64,000 bases of DNA, from positions 34,047,966 through 34,111,965 of the forward strand of contig NC_090384.1 of NCBI RefSeq assembly GCF_036365525.1. The letters are read 5' to 3'. Position numbers and translations under genes: made by a program. This DNA is from Heterodontus francisci (Eukaryota). Within the stretch, counting starts at the first letter, position 1, and each line of letters starts with the position of its first letter. Positions 49,673 through 60,454 of the stretch are shown one piece after another. The notes beneath the pieces are model-generated. The model was not told the origin of the DNA. It ran no database searches and saw only the letters and a list, made by a program, of their open reading frames with translations.

Positions 49673-50693
49673 TGTTATATTCCAGAAAGCCAGTTGGTGA
49701 AGGATAGAACTGGAGCCAATCTTTATACATTTTTATAAGCATTTATTTACACAGCTGCAGGGCTGAATTTTTCCAACTCACTGCTGATCTCGGTGGTGAG
49801 CTTCAAATATGGAGAAGCGCATGCGCGAGATGTGCGCAGCGAAGCCGCTGCGATATTTAGCAGAGCGGCTCATTTACATGGAGGGGGCAGAATGCCCGCC
49901 CCCGATGATGTAGAGGGGGCTCGTACTTTGTCCCTGGCAACGGTGTCTAGCGCCACCGCACAGGTGACGGAGCTATTTATAAATGGCTTCAAGTTGATCA
50001 GGTCCATTAACATTTTTAAAGGTGCAGGTCTGTAAAAAATAAATTTGACATTCTATTAGCATTTTCAATACCCTCTCCCAACCCCGAAATGACCAATTAA
50101 TTTATAATGTGCTCCCTCCCCCCCAAAAATTAAACTCTCAATCCCGACCTTTCCCCCCGAGCTTTCTTCACTTTCAACTTCAACCCCTTCCCACCATCCC
50201 CTCCACCAATTGCTTCAGGTTTTGCCATTCTCCCTCTGCCCTGAAAACCTAACTCCTCCCCCCTCCCCACCAGTGTTTCACCTCGGATCTCTGAACAGAT
50301 ATCCGAAGGCGAGGGAGTTCCGGCAACCAGCTGGACGGGATGGCCGTCGCGACAAGGTAGGTATTTATTCATGTCATTTAAATGAATTAACATATTTTAA
50401 TTAGGTTCCTGTTGCCAAGCGGTGCGGAGGCTGCCACGAGGCCTCGCTGTCGCCGGTAATATGAGGTGGGGCCTTCCTGGTGTCGAGGCCCGTGGCAGGC
50501 CTCTCCTGGAGGTATTTTCCGGGCCTCCCCCACCTCTACCCCCGACACCAGGTGGCTGGTAAAATCCAGACTACAGATTACAAGCAAGCACCTTCTAACA
50601 CAACCACCACAGGTTAAACCTTTGTATATTTCTTGGTGCACAAGTGAATCCCACCACCTGCCTACAATTAAACACAATTACTGTACAATTAAC
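49673..50693 (-). repeat. 3' LTR of the Copia element (~210 bp, interrupted by a MITE)
   Basis: tgttatattccagaaagcc...aagcatttatttaca ... cccaccacctgcctacaattaaac...acaattaa, a direct repeat of 55816-56020; purine-rich PPT-like tract on the minus strand at 50694-50705. Confidence 0.88.
49760..50572. mobile_element. Harbinger-type MITE inserted in the Copia LTR
   Basis: Ends gggctgaatttt / aaaatccagact; same family as 33775-34564; absent from the other LTR. Confidence 0.82.
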
Positions 50694-50779
50694 TTCCTGT
50701 CTTTAATTAAAAACCACGCTTATATGTACAACCAAAATTTCAAAACAATCAAAAACCTCTATATTCTGTGCATCTATTG

Positions 50780-52260
50780 CAAGGCGCCTCTCCTCTAGGA
50801 TCCCTAACAATTTCTTTCTGTAAAGTAACTAGGCAGTTGATGACTTGCATCCACCCACTTAATTTTAGACATTTCTTTTCTCTCCAGCATTTATTTCAAG
50901 ACAGTGAGGTCAATCTGTAATCTTTTCTTACTTACGCTTTGCATGGAGTGTACATTATCCCAAAATGAATTAACATCATACATCATATTTGATGGGTATA
51001 CTATCTTCAGTATGCCCATTTTACAGGATCTCACATAAAATATTTGACAAATGGAATCCCATATCCATGCCTCCACAAGAGCCAGTGTTTCAGCAGCCAA
51101 GTACTTTTAACAATCCTTTTTATTTTCTTAGCTTCCCAAGCTAAGGGACATCATTTCCCATTTTCACCCATAAGAAATATCATGAAACCAGCTGCACTAG
51201 AATACGCATCAGGAAGATTAGCATGTGAAGCTATGCTATGTGACTAGCTTCATGTTCTTTGGGCCACCTAAGGATGGGAACTTAAGTACACATTTCTCCA
51301 ATTTAAAAAATGTTTTATTTGCCCTTACAACATTCTCAACTTTAGGGAGTTTCATCATGATAATTAACTGCAATACATCAATACTATCATCTGGTCAAGT
51401 CTGAGTGCCCAACCAGTTCAACTGACCAATCAAGCTTCGTAATTGCTCTCTCTCTTCTTTAGATATCACAGCATCTTTCTGTGAGGACTGAACACGATTA
51501 ACCGGGATGGGAGTAACACTCTCACAATAGGATTGTTGATTTACTGTTATTCCAGACCTACTCTGCTTAATATCTAAACCAATATATTTAAAAACTCCAC
51601 AAGCCTGACCCACAATATTAAATTTTACTTTAACCTGATTAATAACATATTTCTCAAATTCTGCAGTACCGCCCAATAAGAAATCATCAACATGCATCAT
51701 GAAGATGCCTGAAGGTTTTCCTTTACGATACCAATAAAACAGTGCGGAATCTGCTTTTAGTTGAACACAACGTATTTTCAGTTAAACAGATCTCACCGAA
51801 AAATACCACACCCTAGAAGCATGATTCAGGTCATAGGCACATTTGTTTCATTTCCATAGTTTTCCTTTTGCATCTGCTGCCTCTTTAGGCCATTACAGAA
51901 ACACTTCTCTCTGTAAGTATTGCCCTGTGGAAATGTGGCTTTTGTATCGATTGATCTGCACTCACATGAATATGTGGCCAAAAGAGCTATAAAGATTTTT
52001 AAGATTAACTTTCCAGCTGTGGGAGAGCCCACTCTAACATCTGTATCATGCACTCACTCTTCAAAACCCCTTAACAACTAGCCTCGCTTTAGCCTTATAA
52101 ATCCCATCTGCAAGGACTTTTTCAGTACAAATCCACCTATGTAACAAGGCTGGTTGACTCTGATCTGGTACTTCAGAATAAACTCCAAATTCTCTCCAAC
52201 TCTCTAATTTCCTTTGTTTTGCCTCTATTATTAGTTTATCCTCAAGTTTATTGGCAGCCA
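50780..52260 (-). pseudogene. Copia reverse transcriptase and RNase H, disrupted
   Basis: LESWREFGVYSEVPD...RWICTEK...YKAKARLVVKGF; SPTAGK; IDTKATFPQG; MHVDDFL; FKYIGLDI; LRSLIGQLNWL; AAETLAL. Confidence 0.9.
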
Positions 52261-52591
52261 ATAAAACTTTACAACCATGAGGACTTCTGCTTTCAGTTCT
52301 ATTCTGAGATGGTTCTGTTGCCTCTACTTCAATGTGTCATCTATTCAAGCTATGGCCTCTGCTTCTACTTTTATGTCTGTCGGGGCAAATACTGTGAGAT
52401 CTCCCTCTTGCACTATTGCAGGCTCTTTCTCGAGTTCATGATTGTTTTCTGACATAAGAGTCACTTACGCACTCACTATCAGTACTTGTATTGAGCTTTA
52501 TTACTTTCCACTCTTTCATCTCATTCTGCCAGTCCATGGACCTCGCTTCTCGGCCATCATCCTGAACATTCAACCAATACTTAAACTTGCC

Positions 52592-52778
52592 AAAATAAAA
52601 GCAAAATACTGCGGATGCTGGAAATCTGAAATAGAAACAAGAAACGCTTGAAGTACTCAGCAGGTCTGGCAGCATCTGTGGAGAGTTCTGAAGAAGGGTC
52701 ACTGACCTGAAACGTTAACTCTGTTTCTCTCTCCACAGGTGCTGCCAGACCTGCTGAGTATTTCCAACGTTTCTTGTT
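52592..52778. mobile_element. Penelope-like fold-back element inserted in Copia, 11-bp TSD
   Basis: TSD ttaaacttgcc at 52581-52591 and 52779-52789; imperfect inverted arms. Confidence 0.9.
52682..52722 (+). ncRNA. Putative minimal type I hammerhead ribozyme
   Basis: AGAGUU-CUGAAGA-A-GGGUC(acu)GACCU-GAAAC-GUU^-AACUCU: stem I 6 bp, stem II, loopless palindromic stem III (ACGU), as in PLE minimal hammerheads. Confidence 0.6.
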
Positions 52779-53126
52779 TTAAACTTGCCCGTAGTTTTTC
52801 CTACATGTTGCACAATTGTCACATCCCTCCATTCACTAGACCCCTCTAGAATATATGTCACCTGAGAACACACTCTGAGCAATTGGCCTGTGGATGTGAC
52901 AGCTCTGTCATGTGTGTCTTGATCACTCACATTACCACTATCCAGCCCTTGATCTACCATATTCTGTTCCTCAGGACCCTCATCATAAAACACATGAGCA
53001 TTTGAGGTACAAGGTGCCTCGTTTACTTCTATCAGCTGCTCAGAGTCTGAGATTTTGCAATTTATTTTGATCAATAATGAGGAATGAACCTTAACAGTTT
53101 GATTGTCATGTTTGATAAGAACTGTC

Positions 53127-53419
53127 AGTGTTGATGCATGGGAAGTCCTGTCTGCTGACCGGAATTCCTGGAGAATAGCAGTCAGGAAGGGCATGGAAAA
53201 AGCAGAGGACAAAAGAAATTACCAGCTGGCGGAAAAGAGAGCCTGGCAGAAGGAAAAACATCAGTCAACCTCGGACCAATGATATTCATCTGTGCCATCT
53301 GTGGAAAGGGCTGCCACTCACGAGTCGGCCTCTATAGCCACAGCAGGCAATGTTCAACTCAGAAGTGACATACACCCCAGGAGCGGTCCATTGTCTTCCA
53401 AGACGGATGGATGTCTAAT
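53127..53419 (+). mobile_element. RTE LINE 3' end inserted in Copia
   Basis: WEVLSADRNSWRIAVRKG...FICAICGKGCHSRVGLYSHSRQC; flanking actgtc repeats at 53121-53126 and 53420-53425. Confidence 0.85.
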
Positions 53420-53429
53420 ACTGTCTTAC

Positions 53430-55000
53430 CATCATGACCTATTACCTTACCAGGGCCTTTTCATTCCCTAAGACCCTCTCTTTTATAATACACCAAATCT
53501 CCTGATTTCAATTCTGTCTTGGATGGTCAGATACAATGCCTCAGTGCTCTCTGAGTTTTCTCCAAGACCTCAGCCTTGATAAAGATAAATCATTCAAATC
53601 TGCAGAAAAATGGCACTAATTGTAGTACCTTCTAAAGCAGGAAGACTATCACACAGCACAGAAGGCAATTTGGGATTTTGCCCATAGACTAATTGTATCC
53701 TCCAATCATCTGGAGAACATTCTTTGAATAAACCATCCAGGCCAGGCTGTTGTCAACTTGCAGGCTGGTTGATCAGCGAAAATTTTATGAACCATTTCTT
53801 TGATCACAGCATGATTCCTTTCACAGAGTCCATTGCTGAAAGGACTTTCAGCTGCAGTATCGATGACCGTGATGTTCATATAGTCACACGTTTCTGAACA
53901 CATCATTGGAAATTTGCCTCCATTATTCGTCAAAAACTTTGCTGGTGCCCCAAGACTGGTCCCTTTCCATTTCTCCATGATTTTATCTATAATAACCCTT
54001 TTATCTGAACTAAGTATTATCGTAGAAATCTGGTTGCCAGGTCGACAAATGTAGAATGAGAATATTTCTGTCTTTGTCCCAAATCTTTAGATCCATAGTA
54101 ATTATCTTGTTAAATTCATGTGCCAATGGAAGGCTTACAATAGAACATGAAATGCTGGATTCACTCAGCAGGTCTGGCAGCATCTGTGGAAAGAGAAGCA
54201 GAGTTAACGTTTCGGGTCAGTGACCCTTCTTCGGAACAAGAGTTCCGAAGAAGGGTCACTGACCCGAAACGTTAACTCTGCTTCTCTTTCCACAGATGCT
54301 GCCAGACCTGCTGAGTGAATCCAGCATTTCTTGTTTTTGTTTCAGATTTCCAGCATCCGCAGTATTTTGCTTTTATTACAATAGAACATGCCAGCTTCCT
54401 CTGACACATTTTACAGATTTCACACTTCTCACTAATCTCTTCTATTTGCCTCGTGCACTCCTCAACAACCACACCTGCATCCTTTAGCAGGATTTTAAAC
54501 CTCTGACAAGTAGAGAGCAAACTGTCTATGTAACCTTAAAGAGAATTTGATTTTTTTTCTCTTATCACCTGATGCCATGAATATTTGTCGAATACTCTGA
54601 TCAGAAACAACAGATTTTGTTAAGGGGATACAATAATGTCAATACTGTAAACTGCAGATCCACTGACTTTCCAAAAATAATTGCTTTATCATGCTCCTTG
54701 TCAAGTTTCATTTGTTCCTTTTTCATAGAAGGTTTGTCCAACAGCATAGGTATCTCACTACAGATTACATCAGTACTTATAAAATGGTTTACTCCTGCTA
54801 TTTTACATGGAATTACAACTCTCTTTAGTGATCTCAATGAATTGTCATCACCAAACCTAAAGCAAGTAGTACTTTTATATTCCTTAACCTTACATCAATT
54901 CCTCACTACTTAGTGAATCAAGATAACATTTTAACCAACCTGTTCCACATACTGTTGAAGTGCAAGCGCTATCAAACACTGCACAATTAAAGGAGTCCGC
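53430..55000 (-). pseudogene. Copia protease and integrase, disrupted
   Basis: FNCAVFDSACTSTVCGTGW (~54935-54991), IPMLLDKPSMKK, RLHRQF, KILLKDAG...CEICK, TAAESPFSNGLCERNHAV. Confidence 0.88.
54150..54375. mobile_element. Penelope-like fold-back element: perfect 89-bp inverted arms, 15-bp TSD
   Basis: Arms 54149-54237 and 54242-54330 are exact reverse complements around a 4-nt loop aaga; TSD ttacaatagaacatg at 54135-54149 and 54376-54390. Confidence 0.95.
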
Positions 55001-55049
55001 GACTAATACAGTCATCACAGGACTAAAACTTCCTTGTGATTAGTATAAT

Positions 55050-55720
55050 TCATTCAGATTCATCATTATCTTCATCTTCTTCCTCAGAAGTATCTGAACC
55101 ATTTTGAAATCTGGCAATCATTGAGTCCTCTATTCTTTGTGTCACCGCAGAATATCCCAGTTGTTCCATGAAGGCTGAAGGAAATGTTTGTTTTCCCAGG
55201 CATTTTTTCAGACATCTGATCCAACAGGATCTCCCTCTCCAAGAACCAAACAACAGTTAGAACCAGTAGTCTGTCCATATGAGACACCTTAGCACAATCC
55301 AGCAATTTAAACTCCAGTGCTGATCCAGGGATCCCCAACTGTAATCAATCTTCTGTACAATCTGTTAAAGTCTTTGATATATTCTTCCATGGAATCACCA
55401 TGTGTTTCCCGAAATTTATCAATTTCTGACCATGCCTCATAGGCATTTAACAGATCATCTTTTTTGTAAATTTCATCCAAGAACTCTAATAGAAGATCCC
55501 AACCTTCATCACCATCCAACTGACAGGCATCCAGCTCACAAAATACTTTACTTCTGATTTTACTTCTTGGAGGAAGTGACAACGCCAAGGTCATAACTCA
55601 TTCCCTCTTTTGTAGGACGCAACCTGTGGCCAAAAATCCACTTAATTTTTCCACTGGTCATAGACTCCGAGAACATTGGAGGGTAATCATACCACGACAA
55701 TTTATATTTGTTTTCTGTCA
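55050..55720 (-). pseudogene. Copia gag, disrupted
   Basis: LALSLPPRSKIRSKVF...GWDLLLEFLDEIYKKDDLLNAYEAWSEIDKFR...SMEEYIKDFNRLY; LEFKLLDCAKVS. Confidence 0.8.
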
Positions 55721-55797
55721 ATTTCCACAATGGCTATTAGGATAGTAGTTTTTTGTCTGAAAATTGTTTTCTTCGTTTCCAAGATTCACCTTGAGGC

Positions 55798-55815
55798 AAC
55801 CATCCTGTGTTACCA
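55798..55815 (-). other. Primer-binding site complementary to the tRNA-iMet 3' end
   Basis: Minus strand TGGTAACACAGGATGGTT vs TGGTAGCAGAGGATGGTT (16/18), immediately adjacent to the 5' LTR. Confidence 0.88.
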
Positions 55816-56020
55816 TATTATATTCCAGAAAGCCAATTGGTGAAGGATATAACTGGAACCAATTTTTACACTGTCTCATAAGCATTTATTTACATGGTTA
55901 CAAACAGCTCGCAATCCAACCACCACAGTTTCAGTGTATATCGATTTATAGGGGCACAAGTGAATCACCAGTTAATGCCCACCATCTGCCTACAATTAAA
56001 CATAATTAATATACAATTAA
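55816..56020 (-). repeat. 5' LTR of the Copia element
   Basis: Direct repeat of 49673-50693 once the MITE is removed; AATAAA on the minus strand (tttatt) within it. Confidence 0.88.
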
Positions 56021-57660
56021 GGTACACTCACAGTACAGTTAGGAGGGGAGTTCCAGGATTTTGACCTAGTGATAATGAAGGTACGGCAATATATTGCCAA
56101 GTCAGGATGGTGTATGACTTGGAGGGGAATTTGCAGTTGACAGTGTTCCCATGTGCCTGATGCCCTTGTTCTTCTAGACAGTAGAGGTCACAGGTTTGGA
56201 AGGTGCTGTCAAAGGAGCCTTGGCGAGTTGCTGCAGTGCATCTTGTAGATGATACACGCTGCAGCCACTGTGTGCTGGTGGTGGAGGAGATCATTGTTTA
56301 AGGTGGTGGATGGGCTGCCAGTCAAGCAGTTTGCCTTGCCCTGAATAGTATCGAGCATCTTGAGTGTTGTTGGAGATGCACTCATCTAGACAAGTGGGGA
56401 GAATTCCCTCACACTCCTAACTTGTGTCTTGTAAATAATGGACAGGCTTTGGGGAGTCAGAAGGTGAGTTACCGCAGAATTCACAACCACTGTTCTGTTT
56501 TTGCAGCCACAGTATTTATGTGGTTGGTCCAGTTAAGTTTCTGGTCAATGGTGACCCCTAGGATGTTGATAATGGATAATTCAGCAATGATATGTCATTG
56601 AATGTCAAGGGGAGGTGGTTAGATTGTCTCTTGTTGGACATGGTCATTGCCTGGCACTTGTGTGGTGTGAATGTTACTTGCCACCTATCAGCCCAAGCCT
56701 GAATGTTGTCCAAGTCATGCTGCATGCGAACACAGACTGCTTCATATCGGAAGAGTTAAGAATGGAACTGTAACTGCAATCATCAGCAAACATCCCCACT
56801 TCATACCTTAAAATGGAGGGAAGGTCATTGATGAAGCATCCGAAGATGGTTGGGCCTAGGGCACTACCCTGAGGAACTCTGACAATGATGTTCTGGGGCT
56901 GAGATAATTGGCCTTCAACAATCATAGTCATCTTCCTTTGGGCTAGGTATGATTCCAGTCAGAGGAGATTTTTCTCCTGATTCCCATTCACTTCAATTTT
57001 ACTGGGCTCCTTATGCTCCACTGGGTCAAATGTTGTCTTGATGTCAAGGGGAGTTGCTTTCATCTCACCTCTGGAATTCAGCTCTTCTTTGTTCATCTTT
57101 GGACCAAGGCAGTAATGAGGTTTGGAGCCCAGTAGTCCTGGCGGAACCCAAACTGAGCATCAGTGAGCAGGTTGTTGCTGAGTAAGTGCCACTTGATAAA
57201 ACTATCGATGACACCTTCCATCACTTTGCTGATGATCGAGAGTAAACGGATGGAGTGGTAATGGGCTGGATTGGATTTATCCTGCTTTTTGTGGACAGAA
57301 CATACTTGGGCACTTGTCCACATTGTCGGGTCGATACCAGTATTGTAGCTGTACTGGAACAACTTGGCTAGGGACGAGGATAGTTCTTGAGCAGTAGTCT
57401 TTAGTACTACTGCCAGGATGTTGTCAGGACCCACAGCCTTTGCTGTGTCCAGTTCCTTCAGCCGTTTCTTGATATCATGTGGAATATTGAGTTGGCTGCA
57501 GACTGGCACCTGTGAACTGGCAACATCAGGAGGAGGCCGAGATGTATCATCCACTCGGCTCTTCTGGCTGAAGATGGATGCAAATGTTTCAGCCTTGTCT
57601 TTTGTACTGATGTGCTGGGCTCCCCCATCATTGAGGATGGGGGTGCTTGTGGAGCCTTCG
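56021..57660 (-). mobile_element. CR1-superclade LINE, family B (host of Copia)
   Basis: VPQGSALGPTIFGCFINDLP...MFADDC; KAVGPDNILAVVLKT; AQFGFRQ. Confidence 0.92.
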
Positions 57661-57769
57661 ATTGAACAGGCAGTTAACTAAATTCATAAAGCACTGGTTA
57701 TCGTTTTGGAGGTATTTAACAACATTTATTTTTTGAACCAGTGAGTTTCATATGGAGCTTTTACGGACA

Positions 57770-58280
57770 CTTTTGTGTTGCATTTTATTCTGGCGTTAGG
57801 GGTCCCGGCAGTGGGCAGGAAGGTATGGGGGAGAATCCGCCTCAGCCCTCCATCAGATCCCCATAGCTATTTATTGGCAGGCAGACAATTAAATAACTGC
57901 CATCGGGGACTCCGTCGCCTTAAAGAACAAACTCCCACCTCCAACAGTTGCCGGCCAATCAAAAGGCCGGCAGCTCTGCAGTACCGACAGCGCCACCAGG
58001 AGCAGTGGGCACCTGTAAACTGGCAACATCAGGAGGAGGCCGAGATGGATCATCCAATCGGTTCTTCTCACTGAAGATGGATGCAAGTGCTTCAGCCTTG
58101 TCTTTTTCACTGATGTGCTGGGCTGGGCTCCCCCATCGTTCAGGATGGGGTGTTTGAGGAGCCTTGCCCACCCCGGACAAAATGGCAGGGGGCCCAGACA
58201 ATGTCGAGTACGGTGCCTCCTGGCATTTGTTTGACCCCCCTTTGTGCCCATCTCCAAGGGCAGAATAAAATCCTGCTCTT
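57770..58280. mobile_element. Harbinger-type MITE remnant carrying a copy of neighbouring LINE sequence
   Basis: GC-rich MITE-like flanks ending aataaaatcctgctc; 58007-58165 duplicates 57505-57658. Confidence 0.55.
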
Positions 58281-58544
58281 TGTTCACAATTTCCAAAGAG
58301 AATTGGTTGAGGTAGATAATGCCCATAGTTGATGATTAAAAAGGAAAAGAATCACTTCCCATTCCCCAGCATGATCTTTGGGACTAATCCCATTTCTTTA
58401 CCCTTTCTACGTGCCCTTTTGTCTTCTTCCTTTTTAAATATCTATCAAATTCTCTTTTTTAAATGATGCTATAATCACTGCATCAATAGTCACTCTGTTA
58501 TAAGAACCCACTACTAACTTCACATTTGAACTTCTAGCTGGACT

Positions 58545-58745
58545 GAGTTTCTATAGTAAGCTAGCTGATCTCAGCTGCTTGATGGCTTCAATTAGCTTGT
58601 GTTCCTTGGTTAGGGAGGAAGATAAACCAGCAATGGTGCTCCTGCATGTTAGCTTGAGTGGGACTCAGGCGAAGACAGGATCTGGCTTGGCTGTGATGTT
58701 GTACATAACTGAATGGCTGGCTGATACTCACTATTTCACTGTTAG
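58545..58745 (+). mobile_element. LF-SINE-like copy
   Basis: tagctgatctcagc...caattagc...ttagggagg...gacaggatctggcttggctgtgatg...gaatggctggctgatactcact. Confidence 0.72.
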
Positions 58746-60183
58746 GAGGGATCCTGCCCTCCTTGGAATTCTATGTGAGCAATCATCTGCTACTTCAGGG
58801 AAGATAAAGAGATCTTTGGAGATTAATTTTAAAGGATTGGCAAATTAATTTGTGTATTTACTAACTTGGTCCTTGGTCCTTGGTTCACTTTTTTGAAGAG
58901 TCTCCTTGAGGGTTTGTTAATTACTCACTTCGTTTAGCTACTGTTTGTTAGTAAAAAAAACCCCTTCATTAACTTTTTCTGTCGGATGTTCTTTGCCGCA
59001 GTGCCAATTCTTTCTCTAGCCCGTAACAAAGATATAAAATGGTCCTGATGTCATGTTAATTTAATGTAGCTGGAGGTACCAATCTGGTGCAACCTGGGCT
59101 GCAGTTACTATGCATCACAATTCAAACACTTGATCCAGCCATTCAGATACTGCATAAATGAGGTAACCAGACAGCATGGCACCAGGCTTGAACACCTCAG
59201 TCACTGAAGGAAGGCAAGTAGTATAAACTTCAAAGGCACATTATGTGACTGAGATCATGTCTCCAGCAAAATTCCTGGGAAACAACTAGTGCAAACTATT
59301 CAGGAAACATTTTTTAAAGGAAATTGAAAAAGTAGTTAAAAGCTGGTTTGTCGTAGGGCTGCTTCAGTTGACTTCAATGCCTTGGGTTGGAGAGTGGTCA
59401 TACTCTTTATCACTACCCAACAGCCCTAGCTGGAAGTGGACATGTGGGGAAGTTGAGTGAGGTCATGGTTCCCCATGCCAAATAACTTCAAATAGCTCCT
59501 CTCAAGTTTCACATTTGGCCTGTAGAATGAGCACGAGACAAAGCATCCAAGGACAGATTTTCAAATTGTCGTCTGGGCGTAAGGCTACCATTGTGAATCA
59601 GCTGCTCATTGTAGGAACTGCCCAATATTCATTTCCACAATTTCTATATCGGCAGGTTGACCTGCAATACCAGTTTCGTGCTCAGGTGTCAAGTTGAAAA
59701 ATCTTACACCGTCCTTCCAGTGTTCATAAATCCAGACCATAATAATAACTCAATGAGGGTTCATTTCACCTTCACTTTTGGTGATAAACTGTTGAAGCGG
59801 ATTACCCAACATTTCTTTCAATGGGAATCCATGGGAATGGAAATCGAGTGCTTTTCATACAAGGGCGGTGGGGATGGGGGGATTCCAAAATACCAGTTCT
59901 GTACCTAGGTGGCAAGATGAAATTCTGTCCCAATGCCTTTATGAGAGGAAATCTGGGATGAGTGGAGGTATGGAGATAGGGTTGGGGAATGCAGATTTAT
60001 AAAGTACTGCATTAATACTGGTGGCTGGAGTCAACTATGGAAGGCGACTCCAGACCCCAGTCCAAGGATCCAATGTCTATTCACATATTTGGAGTGAGTC
60101 TGGCAGCCATGCCTTCAGTTGTTTAGGCCCTAAGCGCTGAAATTTCCTCCCTAAATCTCTCTGCCACATCACCTCTCTCTCCT

Positions 60184-60450
60184 CATAGAATCATAGAATA
60201 ATAGAAGGAGGCTATTCAAGCCTGTGCCAGCTCTCTGCAAGAGCAGCTTAACTATCCCCACTTCCAGTCCTCTCTCCGTAGTCCTGCAAGTTTTTTTCCT
60301 TGAGGTGCTTATCCAATTACCTTTTGAAAGCCACGATTGAAAGAGCAGTGCATTACAAATCTTAACCATTCGCTGTGTAAAGAAGTTTTTCCTCATGTCA
60401 CCATTGATTATTTTGCCAATCACTTTGAGTCTGTGTCCTCTGGTTCTTGA
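60184..60450 (-). mobile_element. CR1 LINE 3' end; continues at 61822 after a nested insertion
   Basis: catagaatcatagaa tail; ...ctctggttcttga | ttgacctttctgcc... rejoin. Confidence 0.88.
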
Positions 60451-60454
60451 TTCT

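Larger units (their letters stand above)
49673..56020 (-). mobile_element. Ty1/Copia LTR retrotransposon (GalEa-like), degenerate but structurally complete
   Basis: Paired LTRs; PBS; gag, protease (CAVFDSACTSTVCG), integrase (LHRQF..CEICK; FLTNNGGKF; AESPFSNGLCERNH), RT (KAKARLVVKGF, HVDDFL), RNase H (AAETLAL), in Copia PR-IN-RT-RH order. Confidence 0.92.

Noticed and set aside
49673-56020. Endogenous retrovirus or Gypsy element
   Set aside because: Integrase precedes RT (Copia order) and no env is present.
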